DNA from: a virus
Lineage: Duplodnaviria > Caudoviricetes
Virus record (IMG/VR): IMGVR_UViG_3300029288_000168
Coordinates: 5,394 to 69,393 of that record
DNA: 64,000 nt
Reading direction: 5' to 3' (one strand)
This document shows positions 35,712 to 42,792 of this stretch, piece after piece. A model generated the notes under the pieces. It had not been told where the DNA came from. It did not search any database and was given only the letters and a program-made list of their open reading frames with translations. Numbering within the stretch: the first letter of the stretch is position 1; each line of letters begins with the position of its first letter. The translations under genes were made by a program, and so were the position numbers.

Positions 35712-35748
35712 ACAGTGAGTCGGAGTTAAATTCTCCGCTAGAGCTCCA
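35674..35748 (+). tRNA. tRNA-Thr(TGT)
   Basis: Cloverleaf, TCCA. Confidence 0.9.
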
Positions 35749-35753
35749 GATTT

Positions 35754-35828
35754 GCCCGTCTAGTGATAATGTTAGCACGTCTGTTTCGTAAGCAGAAAGT
35801 CAGAGTTAAATTCTCTGGATGGGCTCCA
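35754..35828 (+). tRNA. tRNA-Thr(CGT)
   Basis: Cloverleaf, TCCA. Confidence 0.9.
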
Positions 35829-35829
35829 A

Positions 35830-35903
35830 GCTCGTGTGGTTCAAAAGTAGAATGCGTCCTTGGTAAGGATGAGACGACAGAGCGTTACTGTCCACGAGCT
35901 CCA
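35830..35903 (+). tRNA. tRNA-Thr(GGT), atypical T-loop
   Basis: Cloverleaf, TCCA. Confidence 0.88.
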
Positions 35904-35909
35904 GATTTA

Positions 35910-35979
35910 CACGGTGTAGGATAAAGTAGTCTCTCCTGCGCGCAGGAGGATTCAGCTTGACGAACTGACGCCGTGACCA
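35910..35979 (+). tRNA. Degenerate tRNA-like RNA with a self-complementary 6-nt anticodon loop
   Basis: CACGGTG/CGCCGTG acceptor plus ACCA; arm CTCCT-GCGCGC-AGGAG. Confidence 0.6.
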
Positions 35980-35980
35980 A

Positions 35981-36055
35981 GCGGGTGAAGTGTTTATGGT
36001 TACACCCCAGTCTTCCAAACTGGTATAGAGAGATCGTGACTCTCCACCCGCTCCA
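35981..36055 (+). tRNA. tRNA-Gly(TCC)
   Basis: GCG acceptor start, U73. Confidence 0.9.
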
Positions 36056-36060
36056 GATTT

Positions 36061-36135
36061 GCCGCAATAGCTTAATTGGTGAAAGCGACCGCCTGAAGAG
36101 CGGAAGATTCGGCTCGATACCCGATTGCGGCACCA
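36061..36135 (+). tRNA. tRNA-Phe(GAA)
   Basis: Cloverleaf, ACCA. Confidence 0.9.
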
Positions 36136-36139
36136 ATAT

Positions 36140-36222
36140 TCCGAGGTTGGGTAATGGTATCCCAGCGGACTGTTAATCCGTCGCCGTAAGGCATGCAGGT
36201 TCGACTCCTGCTCTCGGAGCCA
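36140..36222 (+). tRNA. tRNA-Asn(GTT) with a long variable arm
   Basis: TCC start, G73; extra arm GCC-GTAA-GGC. Confidence 0.88.
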
Positions 36223-36227
36223 ATTTT

Positions 36228-36303
36228 GCCCGCATAGCCTAGCGGCTAAGGCGACTGGTCTACACCCAGTGCATCGGTGGTTCGAGTCCATCTGCGGGTA
36301 CCA
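36228..36303 (+). tRNA. tRNA-Val(TAC), C33
   Basis: Loop TCTACAC, ACCA. Confidence 0.88.
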
Positions 36304-36307
36304 TTTT

Positions 36308-36399
36308 CGGCGGTTAGTTCAATGGTAGAACAGCGGTCTTATAAGCCGTAAGCATCCGATTAATGCGTAATCGAGGTTCAAGTCCTCGACCGCCGACCA
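36308..36399 (+). tRNA. tRNA-Ile(TAT) with a long variable arm
   Basis: Loop CTTATAA; extra arm GCAT-CCGATTA-ATGC. Confidence 0.85.
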
Positions 36400-36404
36400 A
36401 TTTA

Positions 36405-36481
36405 CCACGTGTGGCTGAGGTAGATATAGCGCCATCCTGATAAGGTGGAGAACGTCAGCGCAAATCTGACCGCGTGGACCA
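36405..36481 (+). tRNA. tRNA-Ile(GAT)
   Basis: Cloverleaf, T-loop CGCAAAT. Confidence 0.9.
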
Positions 36482-36483
36482 AT

Positions 36484-36495
36484 TGCTCTTTGTAA
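36484..36495 (+). promoter_or_regulatory. boxA-like element
   Basis: TGCTCTTTGTAA, closest to the E. coli rrn boxA. Confidence 0.65.
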
Positions 36496-36498
36496 TTT

Positions 36499-36575
36499 AC
36501 CCCTGTCGTCCAATTGAATAAGACATCTGGCTACGAACCAGAAGATTGAAGGTTTGAGTCCTTTCAGGGGTACCA
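36499..36575 (+). tRNA. tRNA-Arg(ACG)
   Basis: Cloverleaf, ACCA. Confidence 0.92.
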
Positions 36576-36578
36576 ATT

Positions 36579-36673
36579 CTTGCAGTCCTGTTGAAAGATA
36601 GGGTGGGCTGGATAACCTTTATTAGTAGAAGATGGGGGCATTTGAGGTATGCTAAAAACTCTACTACTGCAAG
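36579..36673 (+). ncRNA. 95-nt multibranch RNA candidate
   Basis: CTTGCAGT/ACTGCAAG, CCTGT/ATAGG, AGTAGA/TCTACT, GCAT/ATGC helices. Confidence 0.5.
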
Positions 36674-36677
36674 TTTC

Positions 36678-36751
36678 GCGCCTATAGTGTAATGGAAGCA
36701 TTACTTCGTCCTAAGGAGTGGGTGACAGTTCAAATCTGTCTTGGCGCACCA
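36678..36751 (+). tRNA. tRNA-Arg(CCT)
   Basis: Loop GTCCTAA, ACCA. Confidence 0.85.
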
Positions 36752-36761
36752 TTTATTAATA

Positions 36762-36815
36762 GGTTGGCATTGAGGGCGTGCCTTAAGAGTATGAATAACT
36801 CAGCCCTCTCCAGCT
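36762..36815 (+). ncRNA. 54-nt bulged stem-loop abutting tRNA-Arg(CCG)
   Basis: GGTTGG/CCAGCT, AGGGC/GCCCT, GAGT/ACTC. Confidence 0.4.
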
Positions 36816-36888
36816 GCCTGTAGTGTATCGGATCGCACATAACCCTCCGAAGGTTATAGAGTAGGTTCAATTCCTGCCAGGCAGACCA
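36814..36888 (+). tRNA. tRNA-Arg(CCG)
   Basis: Cloverleaf, ACCA. Confidence 0.9.
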
Positions 36889-36896
36889 AATTTAAT

Positions 36897-36972
36897 GTGC
36901 TCGTCACCCAATGGAAAGGGCAATCGTCTTCTAAACGGTTAAGTGCGGGTTCGACTCCCGCCGAGCACTCCA
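36897..36972 (+). tRNA. tRNA-Arg(TCT)
   Basis: Cloverleaf, CCA. Confidence 0.92.
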
Positions 36973-36977
36973 TATGT

Positions 36978-37060
36978 GCGTGAGTGGCGGAATGGCAGAC
37001 GCGCTGCTTTGAGGTGGCAGTGGTAATACCGTAGGGGTTCGACTCCCCTCTCGCGCACCA
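36978..37060 (+). tRNA. tRNA-Leu(GAG)
   Basis: Class II, A73. Confidence 0.92.
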
Positions 37061-37068
37061 ATATGCAA

Positions 37069-37152
37069 GCGAGCGTGGTGGAATGGCAGACACGGCAGCC
37101 TCAAAAGCTGTTGGGTAAAACCGTGAAGGTTCAAATCCTTTCGCTCGCACCA
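37069..37152 (+). tRNA. tRNA-Leu(CAA)
   Basis: Class II, A73. Confidence 0.92.
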
Positions 37153-37156
37153 TTTT

Positions 37157-37240
37157 GTCAGAGTGGTGGAATGGCAGACACAACAGACTTAAAATCTGTC
37201 GGGTAAAACCGTGAGGGTTCAACTCCCTTCTCTGACACCA
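37157..37240 (+). tRNA. tRNA-Leu(TAA)
   Basis: Class II, A73. Confidence 0.92.
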
Positions 37241-37246
37241 ATTAAT

Positions 37247-37329
37247 GCCCGGGTGGTGGAATGCAGACACGTTAGCCTTAGGAGCTAATGCCGTAAGGCG
37301 TGAGAGTTCAAATCTCTTCCTGGGTACCA
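37247..37329 (+). tRNA. tRNA-Leu(TAG)
   Basis: Class II, A73. Confidence 0.92.
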
Positions 37330-37359
37330 TTTTTAATAGATATAGTCTATTGTATATAC

Positions 37360-37389
37360 TTGACAATACAGTGTTTGTTGTGGTATAAT
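37360..37389 (+). promoter_or_regulatory. sigma70-type promoter for the Y-like RNA array and TerD-domain gene
   Basis: TTGACA-18-TATAAT, with TGTGG. Confidence 0.8.
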
Positions 37390-37422
37390 GTGTCCATACT
37401 AACACTGTGGAGGAATTAGTAA

Positions 37423-37487
37423 GGCATAGGAAGTTCCTATTAAAACCAAGCGCCCCACAAGGGCGCTTACTAGAAATACTTCCCGCT
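37423..37487 (+). ncRNA. Y-RNA-like unit 1 (simple hairpin payload)
   Basis: GGCATA-GGAAGT-TCCTATTAAAA..AAGCGCCC/GGGCGCTT..GAAAT-ACTTCC-CGCT. Confidence 0.7.
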
Positions 37488-37498
37488 TTACGAATTAG

Positions 37499-37546
37499 GG
37501 CATAGGGAGTTCCTATTAAAATTCAAATGGCGAAAATACTCCCCGC
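37499..37546 (+). ncRNA. Y-RNA-like unit 2 (10-nt loop payload)
   Basis: GGCATA-GGGAGT-TCCTATTAAAA..GAAAT-ACTCCC-CGCC. Confidence 0.7.
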
Positions 37547-37561
37547 CCACGAATTAATTGA

Positions 37562-37672
37562 GGCATAAGAGGTTCCTATTAAAATCTGGAACCGAAAGAG
37601 TCAGTTCGATTCTGACCTAGACTTGCGGGTCTAGTAGTGTAATGGCAGCACGTCGGTATAATACCTCTCGCC
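37562..37672 (+). ncRNA. Y-RNA-like unit 3 with a permuted tRNA mimic (YrlA-like)
   Basis: GGCATA-AGAGGT-TCCTATTAAAA; ACCGA/TCGGT; T-arm GTCAG-TTCGATT-CTGAC; closed acceptor CTAGACT-TGCG-GGTCTAG; D-arm; ATAAT-ACCTCT-CGCC. Confidence 0.82.
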
Positions 37673-37696
37673 TTTAAAAACTAAGGAGGTGTCGAG

Positions 37697-39592
37697 ATGG
37701 AAGCAACAATTAGGTTGTTTAGAGCCCTGCCTATTACTAAAACAAGTAAAAAGTATGACAAAACCCTGATGGCGAATACCATCAAAAAGGGGTTTGTTTT
37801 CTCCCCTGCAGTTATAGCCAATTATTCCTACGGAGAGTTGTGCCGACTAGCTGATGTTGTTGAGGATGCTGTTGGTTTGTCTGCAGATAAGATGAACAAT
37901 GCCTTTCATAAATCATGGAAGAAAATAAAGACTGCAGATATAGAACAGTTGGTTTTGGAACAGCTTGTTCACTATATAACTACCTACGGATATGAGAGGT
38001 TAGGTATTTATGATAAGGACACTGTTTACATTCCTCAGGAAGAATTGAAAATACCTAAGACGGATGTTAAAGGCATACCTCTTGTAGTAATTAGAGGGTA
38101 TACAAAAAAGGTGCTTAAAGATAAAATAATAGACTTGCTTCAGTCTGGAGTTGCCCTTAAGGAAGATACTAAGAGGGATGTTATAGATGTTGCTACCTTT
38201 GTTGGGTTTGATGAAACTGAGGTTTCTAATATAAAGAACAAAGAAGTTCGCGTAGCGCTATATGACTACTTAGGGATGTTTCCAGAAAACCCTATTGAGT
38301 TTTTGCGGTTTGCTATATATAAGTCTATTAACAAAACTTTGTTGATCAAAAATGGGTTTACCATCCACGAGATAAAAACCAAAGATAACTTGGCTGTTCT
38401 TGGGTTGTTGAACAAGTACGATGCCAAATTCGGGTTGGAAAGGTTAGCGGAGGTTTTCTATCGGTTCAAACCTTTGTTCTTGGCGTTTAGAACCAACAAG
38501 AAACTTAAGGTAATTATAAATAGGATAGGCAAACTTGCTAAGACTCACCACAAGCCTATGAAGGAAGACTATCTTAATACAGTTACATCCATGATTTCAA
38601 ACGGCAAGACTATAAAGAAAGATGTGCTGGTAGACGCATTGAACCAATCCAACATCTTTAGGAAAATAAGGCTGGCGTATGCTTTGAAATTTAGGACGTC
38701 GGATGCTGAGTCAATCTTATATAGAATAAGAAACGGCAAGAGCTATGCAACCAGCTTCCAATTTGATAACCATAAGGAAGCTAAAGGGGCGTTGGAGGTT
38801 GTACTTAGATCAATAGTTAAGGACATAGAACCTAAAGTTAAGGGTAAGAAAATATTTATACCGTCTGGGGTTCAGTATGCACTACCTGCAACGGAAAAGC
38901 AGTTTACTGGCAACTTACCGTCTGGTACCAGTATATCAGTGTCAAAAGATATGGTTTTTGGTGTGCACTGGGAAGATGTTGGCAATACTAGGATTGATTT
39001 GGACTTGTCATTACTTGGTTCAGATGGTTGCAAAACTGGTTGGGATGCAAATTACAGGTCTGGCGATCGTAAGATCCTGTTCTCTGGCGATATGACGGCT
39101 GCGCCTAAGCCTAATGGTGCATCAGAACTGTTTTATGTAGCAAGGCAGACGGAGGCGTCTCTTATATTGTTTGTTAACTATTTTAACCACGATGAAGACG
39201 TAGAGGTTCCTTTTAAAATATTGGTTGCTGAGGAGCCTGTAAAGAACCTTAGTAAGAACTACATGGTTAACCCTAACAATGTAGTTGGTGTTGTTGCGAC
39301 TAAGATTAAAGAAAGGCAAAGGATGTTAGGGTTGGTAACTGTATCGCCAAATGAATGTAAGTTTTATTTTGCTGAGGCTGATATAGGAAATTCGATAACA
39401 TCTTATGGTAATAAGTACTCAGATGATGCTAGGAGGTACTTGTTTGACTTCTATAAGAATGCTATTACATTAAACGAGGTTTTGGATATGGCTGGAGCTA
39501 AGCTTGTGTCTAAAAAGGATAAGTGCGATGTAGACTTGTCCTTGGAAGGGTTGGAGAAGGATACAATTCTTTCATTGATAAGGAAGTCGTAA
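37697..39592 (+). CDS. Large helical protein with a C-terminal TerD-like domain
   Basis: FGVHW..IDLDLS..GW..LFSGDMTAAP..GASE..FVNYF; long alpha-helical N-terminal region; AAGGAGG SD. Confidence 0.7.
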   Translation: MEATIRLFRALPITKTSKKYDKTLMANTIKKGFVFSPAVIANYSYGELCRLADVVEDAVGLSADKMNNAFHKSWKKIKTADIEQLVLEQLVHYITTYGYERLGIYDKDTVYIPQEELKIPKTDVKGIPLVVIRGYTKKVLKDKIIDLLQSGVALKEDTKRDVIDVATFVGFDETEVSNIKNKEVRVALYDYLGMFPENPIEFLRFAIYKSINKTLLIKNGFTIHEIKTKDNLAVLGLLNKYDAKFGLERLAEVFYRFKPLFLAFRTNKKLKVIINRIGKLAKTHHKPMKEDYLNTVTSMISNGKTIKKDVLVDALNQSNIFRKIRLAYALKFRTSDAESILYRIRNGKSYATSFQFDNHKEAKGALEVVLRSIVKDIEPKVKGKKIFIPSGVQYALPATEKQFTGNLPSGTSISVSKDMVFGVHWEDVGNTRIDLDLSLLGSDGCKTGWDANYRSGDRKILFSGDMTAAPKPNGASELFYVARQTEASLILFVNYFNHDEDVEVPFKILVAEEPVKNLSKNYMVNPNNVVGVVATKIKERQRMLGLVTVSPNECKFYFAEADIGNSITSYGNKYSDDARRYLFDFYKNAITLNEVLDMAGAKLVSKKDKCDVDLSLEGLEKDTILSLIRKS

Positions 39593-39598
39593 TGTTTT

Positions 39599-39652
39599 GT
39601 GGCGTTGCCTGGGTGTGGCTCTCCCCGCTACTGTGGGTCTTGGCAACGCCAC
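39599..39652 (+). other. GC-rich stem-loop after the TerD-domain gene
   Basis: 11-bp GTGGCGTTGCC/GGCAACGCCAC; no U-tract after it. Confidence 0.5.
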
Positions 39653-39670
39653 TTCGATATCTAAATATAC

Positions 39671-39700
39671 TTGACAAACCTATAGTTAATGTGGTATAAT
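39671..39700 (+). promoter_or_regulatory. sigma70-type promoter
   Basis: TTGACA-18-TATAAT. Confidence 0.8.
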
Positions 39701-39725
39701 GGTTGTATAACAAGGAGATGACGAG

Positions 39726-40739
39726 ATGGCAGAAATAAAAGATGGTGAGATAGTTGAGGTGCAAGGTTCGGCAGCAACCCCGTATCAAGTTAAGCGCATT
39801 GGTGATGTAATATCGTGCTCGTGTCCCGCGTGGCGCAATCAGTCCCTTCCTATTAATAAAAGGACATGCAAACATATCCGTAAAGTGAGGGGTGATGAGG
39901 CAGAATCTGCTCGTATAGGCGGGTCTCTAACTATGCGCGCCCCTAAAACTAAGGAAGGTGGTAAGGTGCAAGCAGTACCGCCGGCGCTCTTACTTGCTAA
40001 CAAGTGGACTCCCGACATCGATCCCAATGGCTGGTGGATGTCCGAAAAGCTTGATGGCATCCGTGCCTATTGGACGGGCAAAGAGCTCATTTCGCGCTTG
40101 GGCAACAAGCTCTATGCGCCGGAGTGGTTTACCAAGGACTTGGGTGAAGACCCCCTCGATGGCGAGCTTTGGCTTGGTCGTAAGAAATTTCAGGAGACGA
40201 TGTCCATTGTACGGTCGCAAGGTCTCGATGAGGAGTGGAGACCTATTAAGTACCTCATCTTCGATATGCCGGGGCTTACAATAGCGGAATTTGAGGAAAG
40301 GCGCAAATTCATGGCGCATGCAAAGTTGCCCGATCACTGCGTAATAGTTGAGCAGATGCCTTGTAATGGTGTTGATCACCTTAAAGCTACCTTGAAGGCG
40401 CTTGAGGAGAAGGGTGCTGAGGGCGTGATGCTCCGTAAACCGCACTCGCGCTATGAGGGGAGGCGTTCTCCTACGCTCCTTAAGGTAAAGAGCTTCTATG
40501 ATGATGAGGCGACAATAATCGGATACGAGCCCGGTAAGGGTAGGCACAAAGGTAGGCTTGGAGGTTACGTTTGTGTTTTGGCAAATGGGGTAAGGTTTTC
40601 TGTTGGATCTGGGCTGACAGACAAAGAAAGGAACAGCCCATTGAAGATTAATACGAAGATTACATTTCGCTATTGCGAACTGACAGATACAGGGGTGCCT
40701 AGATTTCCTACGTATGTTGGTGAATGCTTGGATAAATAG
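39726..40739 (+). CDS. lig: ATP-dependent DNA ligase with N-terminal SWIM finger
   Basis: CSCPAW..TCKH; SEKLDGIRAYW; LDGELW; EGVMLRK; LLKVK; PRFP. Confidence 0.92.
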   Translation: MAEIKDGEIVEVQGSAATPYQVKRIGDVISCSCPAWRNQSLPINKRTCKHIRKVRGDEAESARIGGSLTMRAPKTKEGGKVQAVPPALLLANKWTPDIDPNGWWMSEKLDGIRAYWTGKELISRLGNKLYAPEWFTKDLGEDPLDGELWLGRKKFQETMSIVRSQGLDEEWRPIKYLIFDMPGLTIAEFEERRKFMAHAKLPDHCVIVEQMPCNGVDHLKATLKALEEKGAEGVMLRKPHSRYEGRRSPTLLKVKSFYDDEATIIGYEPGKGRHKGRLGGYVCVLANGVRFSVGSGLTDKERNSPLKINTKITFRYCELTDTGVPRFPTYVGECLDK

Positions 40740-40750
40740 ATGCATTTTAC

Positions 40751-40780
40751 TTGACAAGGCATACATCGATGTGTTATAAT
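40751..40780 (+). promoter_or_regulatory. sigma70-type promoter
   Basis: TTGACA-18-TATAAT. Confidence 0.8.
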
Positions 40781-40792
40781 AATTATAAGACT

Positions 40793-40903
40793 GGGAGTCT
40801 TGTATGTATAAATCAAGTAAACAATTAAGAGGTAATGAGGCACGCCAAGTGCAGTCTGTCTCCGGCTGTCTTAAGTCGGCAGGACTCCTACTCGTTACCT
40901 CTG
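40793..40903 (+). ncRNA. Pseudoknotted 5' leader of the HNH gene
   Basis: 40793-802 pairs 40880-889; 40828-839 pairs 40892-903 (crossing); two inner hairpins. Confidence 0.6.
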
Positions 40904-40921
40904 TTCTATGCAGGGACTAAT

Positions 40922-41683
40922 ATGCCAACAACTGTGCAAGTTTGTAGAATATGCAAGGTAGGAAAGCCTACTACAGAGTTTTATAAACGGACAAATAAGA
41001 CTGGACATAGAACTGAGTGTAAGGATTGTAGGAGAAAATACGGAAAGTTATATAGGCTGGAACATAAAGCAGAAATTGCCAATGCAAAAAAGATGCAGGC
41101 GCAGTTGCACCCAGAGAAAGTTAGAGCTAGGAGAGAACGATATAAGCGAGCGCACCCAGATAGGGTAAGAGCTACTCAGAAACGGTATGCGCAGGTTCAC
41201 CCAGAGAATGGTCGGTTTAGGCAGAAGCGGTACCGTAAAGCGCACCCAGATAGAGTGGCTGCTAAAAATAAACGTTGGACGGAAGGTAATTTAGAACATA
41301 TAATTGCTTATCGGAAGCGGTACCGTCAGACGGAAGTGTATAAATTATCAGCCAGGGTAAATTCGCACAACCAAAAGACAAAGCGAGCAATTGTTGGTCA
41401 TTTAAGTTTGGGAACAGTGCAACAAGTTTATGAAGACAACATTAAGAAATATGGGACGCTTACTTGTGAATTGTGTTTTGATGTAATAGTGTTTGGCAAC
41501 GATTCGATTGAACATAGTATACCAATAGTAAGAGGCGGTACGCACGAGCGTTCTAACTTAGGCGTGGCTCATTTGCCGTGCAATTTATTTAAGGGTAGGA
41601 TGACGCTTGATGAATGGTTTGTATTACATTCAGAATATAAAGAAAGGAGGGGGAGTTATAATGGCAAAGGCAAAGGTTTTTAA
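40922..41683 (+). CDS. HNH endonuclease
   Basis: CRIC..CKDC N-terminus; CELC..SIEHSIPIVRGGTHERSNLGVAHLPCNLFKG; start moved to ATG 40922. Confidence 0.82.
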   Translation: MPTTVQVCRICKVGKPTTEFYKRTNKTGHRTECKDCRRKYGKLYRLEHKAEIANAKKMQAQLHPEKVRARRERYKRAHPDRVRATQKRYAQVHPENGRFRQKRYRKAHPDRVAAKNKRWTEGNLEHIIAYRKRYRQTEVYKLSARVNSHNQKTKRAIVGHLSLGTVQQVYEDNIKKYGTLTCELCFDVIVFGNDSIEHSIPIVRGGTHERSNLGVAHLPCNLFKGRMTLDEWFVLHSEYKERRGSYNGKGKGF

Positions 41684-41807
41684 GGTGGCAGAGCACGAAG
41701 CTTTGTGCAACATTTGTGGCGATAAGGTTGTTACTACTGAGTCTCGGTGCGTTTGTGATAAATGTAAGAGTGGGCTAACAAAGAAAGAGATAGCAAAGTA
41801 TTTATAA
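41661..41807 (+). CDS. Small zinc-ribbon protein
   Basis: GGAG SD; CNIC..CDKC. Confidence 0.6.
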   Translation: MAKAKVFKVAEHEALCNICGDKVVTTESRCVCDKCKSGLTKKEIAKYL

Positions 41808-41906
41808 TTTACTCAATTGGACATTTCAATGTAAGTATAGAGGAGTTCTTGAAGGTGGCGGAACCTTTGGATGCTGTGCGGTAGTATAATAAAAGGGGGC
41901 GATGGG

Positions 41907-42176
41907 ATGGATGACAGAGTATGCAAGGCGCTTGAAGTTGCCAGCGAATATGGTAGTATCGATGGGGATCATCACAAGATGTGGGTTATTGATCAAATGG
42001 TTAGATGCCTTACTAATTGCCCAACTGTAGTAGTAAAAGCAACAGATTGCCACGGCAAAGAGTATAGTTACGAATCTCTTGGTGAAAGTGATGAGTATAA
42101 AGAGTGGGTTAGAAGGTTTTGTGATGGTGAAGATGGATCAAATACATATGCATGGGATATAGGAATAGCACCATGA
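41907..42176 (+). CDS. Hypothetical protein
   Basis: IDGDHHKMWVIDQMVR..WD.GIAP, a typical small phage ORF. Confidence 0.6.
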   Translation: MDDRVCKALEVASEYGSIDGDHHKMWVIDQMVRCLTNCPTVVVKATDCHGKEYSYESLGESDEYKEWVRRFCDGEDGSNTYAWDIGIAP

Positions 42177-42775
42177 GTAATTTAAAATGGCGCCAAGCCA
42201 ACGGAAAAGAGATAAACATTAGAGATATGGATACTGTCCATCTCTTTAATAGCCTTAAAATGGTGTATAACCATTTTGCTGAGGTTTACGATTTGCCTAC
42301 ATACATGTTTGGCAACGAGTATGAATATTACAAGGCTATGGTTATGGATGATCCTTTTGGTATGCTAAAGGTAATAGAGGTACTTAACAGTGAGTTATAT
42401 GGTAGGAGGGACCTGCCTAAAAAATACGAGTTTATTTACAATTCGATAAAAGGCACTTTGACGTCTGGTAGTATAAGGGTTTTAGTTGTACAGAAGGATA
42501 TAGAAAGTGGTTGGGGCGGGTTAGGGTGTTGTCGTATGCGCAGTATTGATGAGGAAGGCGACTGGTGTAATAAAGATGTTGTAGATGGCGGTATGTTTTG
42601 TCGTAGGCATACGTGTGTTATAGAGGGTTGTAGGAAACAGGCGTCTGCTTGGTACCCCCTATTGAAGGGTGCGCCAGGGTTTTGTAGTGAGCATCACAAC
42701 GAGAAGTATGCTGGTAAGTACGGTGCTGACTTTAGTGGTCCTGATGATTTTGATGTTCCGATATTGCTATTGTAA
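42173..42775 (+). CDS. Hypothetical protein with Cys-rich C-terminus
   Basis: ATGA overlap. Confidence 0.6.
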   Translation: MSNLKWRQANGKEINIRDMDTVHLFNSLKMVYNHFAEVYDLPTYMFGNEYEYYKAMVMDDPFGMLKVIEVLNSELYGRRDLPKKYEFIYNSIKGTLTSGSIRVLVVQKDIESGWGGLGCCRMRSIDEEGDWCNKDVVDGGMFCRRHTCVIEGCRKQASAWYPLLKGAPGFCSEHHNEKYAGKYGADFSGPDDFDVPILLL

Positions 42776-42792
42776 TTTAATATAGGTTATAT

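Noticed and set aside
31242-37405. Short ORFs across the tRNA array
   Set aside because: They are translations of tRNA or RNase P sequence
37423-37672. Mini CRISPR array
   Set aside because: The repeats differ by compensatory changes and pair across the 'spacer'; inserts are 10-70 nt and structured; no cas genes in the window
39990-40766. 258-aa minus-strand ORF (also 237-803, 50196-50849 and similar)
   Set aside because: Antisense shadows of well-supported + strand genes, with no motifs or SD
40793-40903. HDV-like/theta ribozyme
   Set aside because: The P1 3' strand does not follow P3, and there is no P1.1 or catalytic-C junction in the required order
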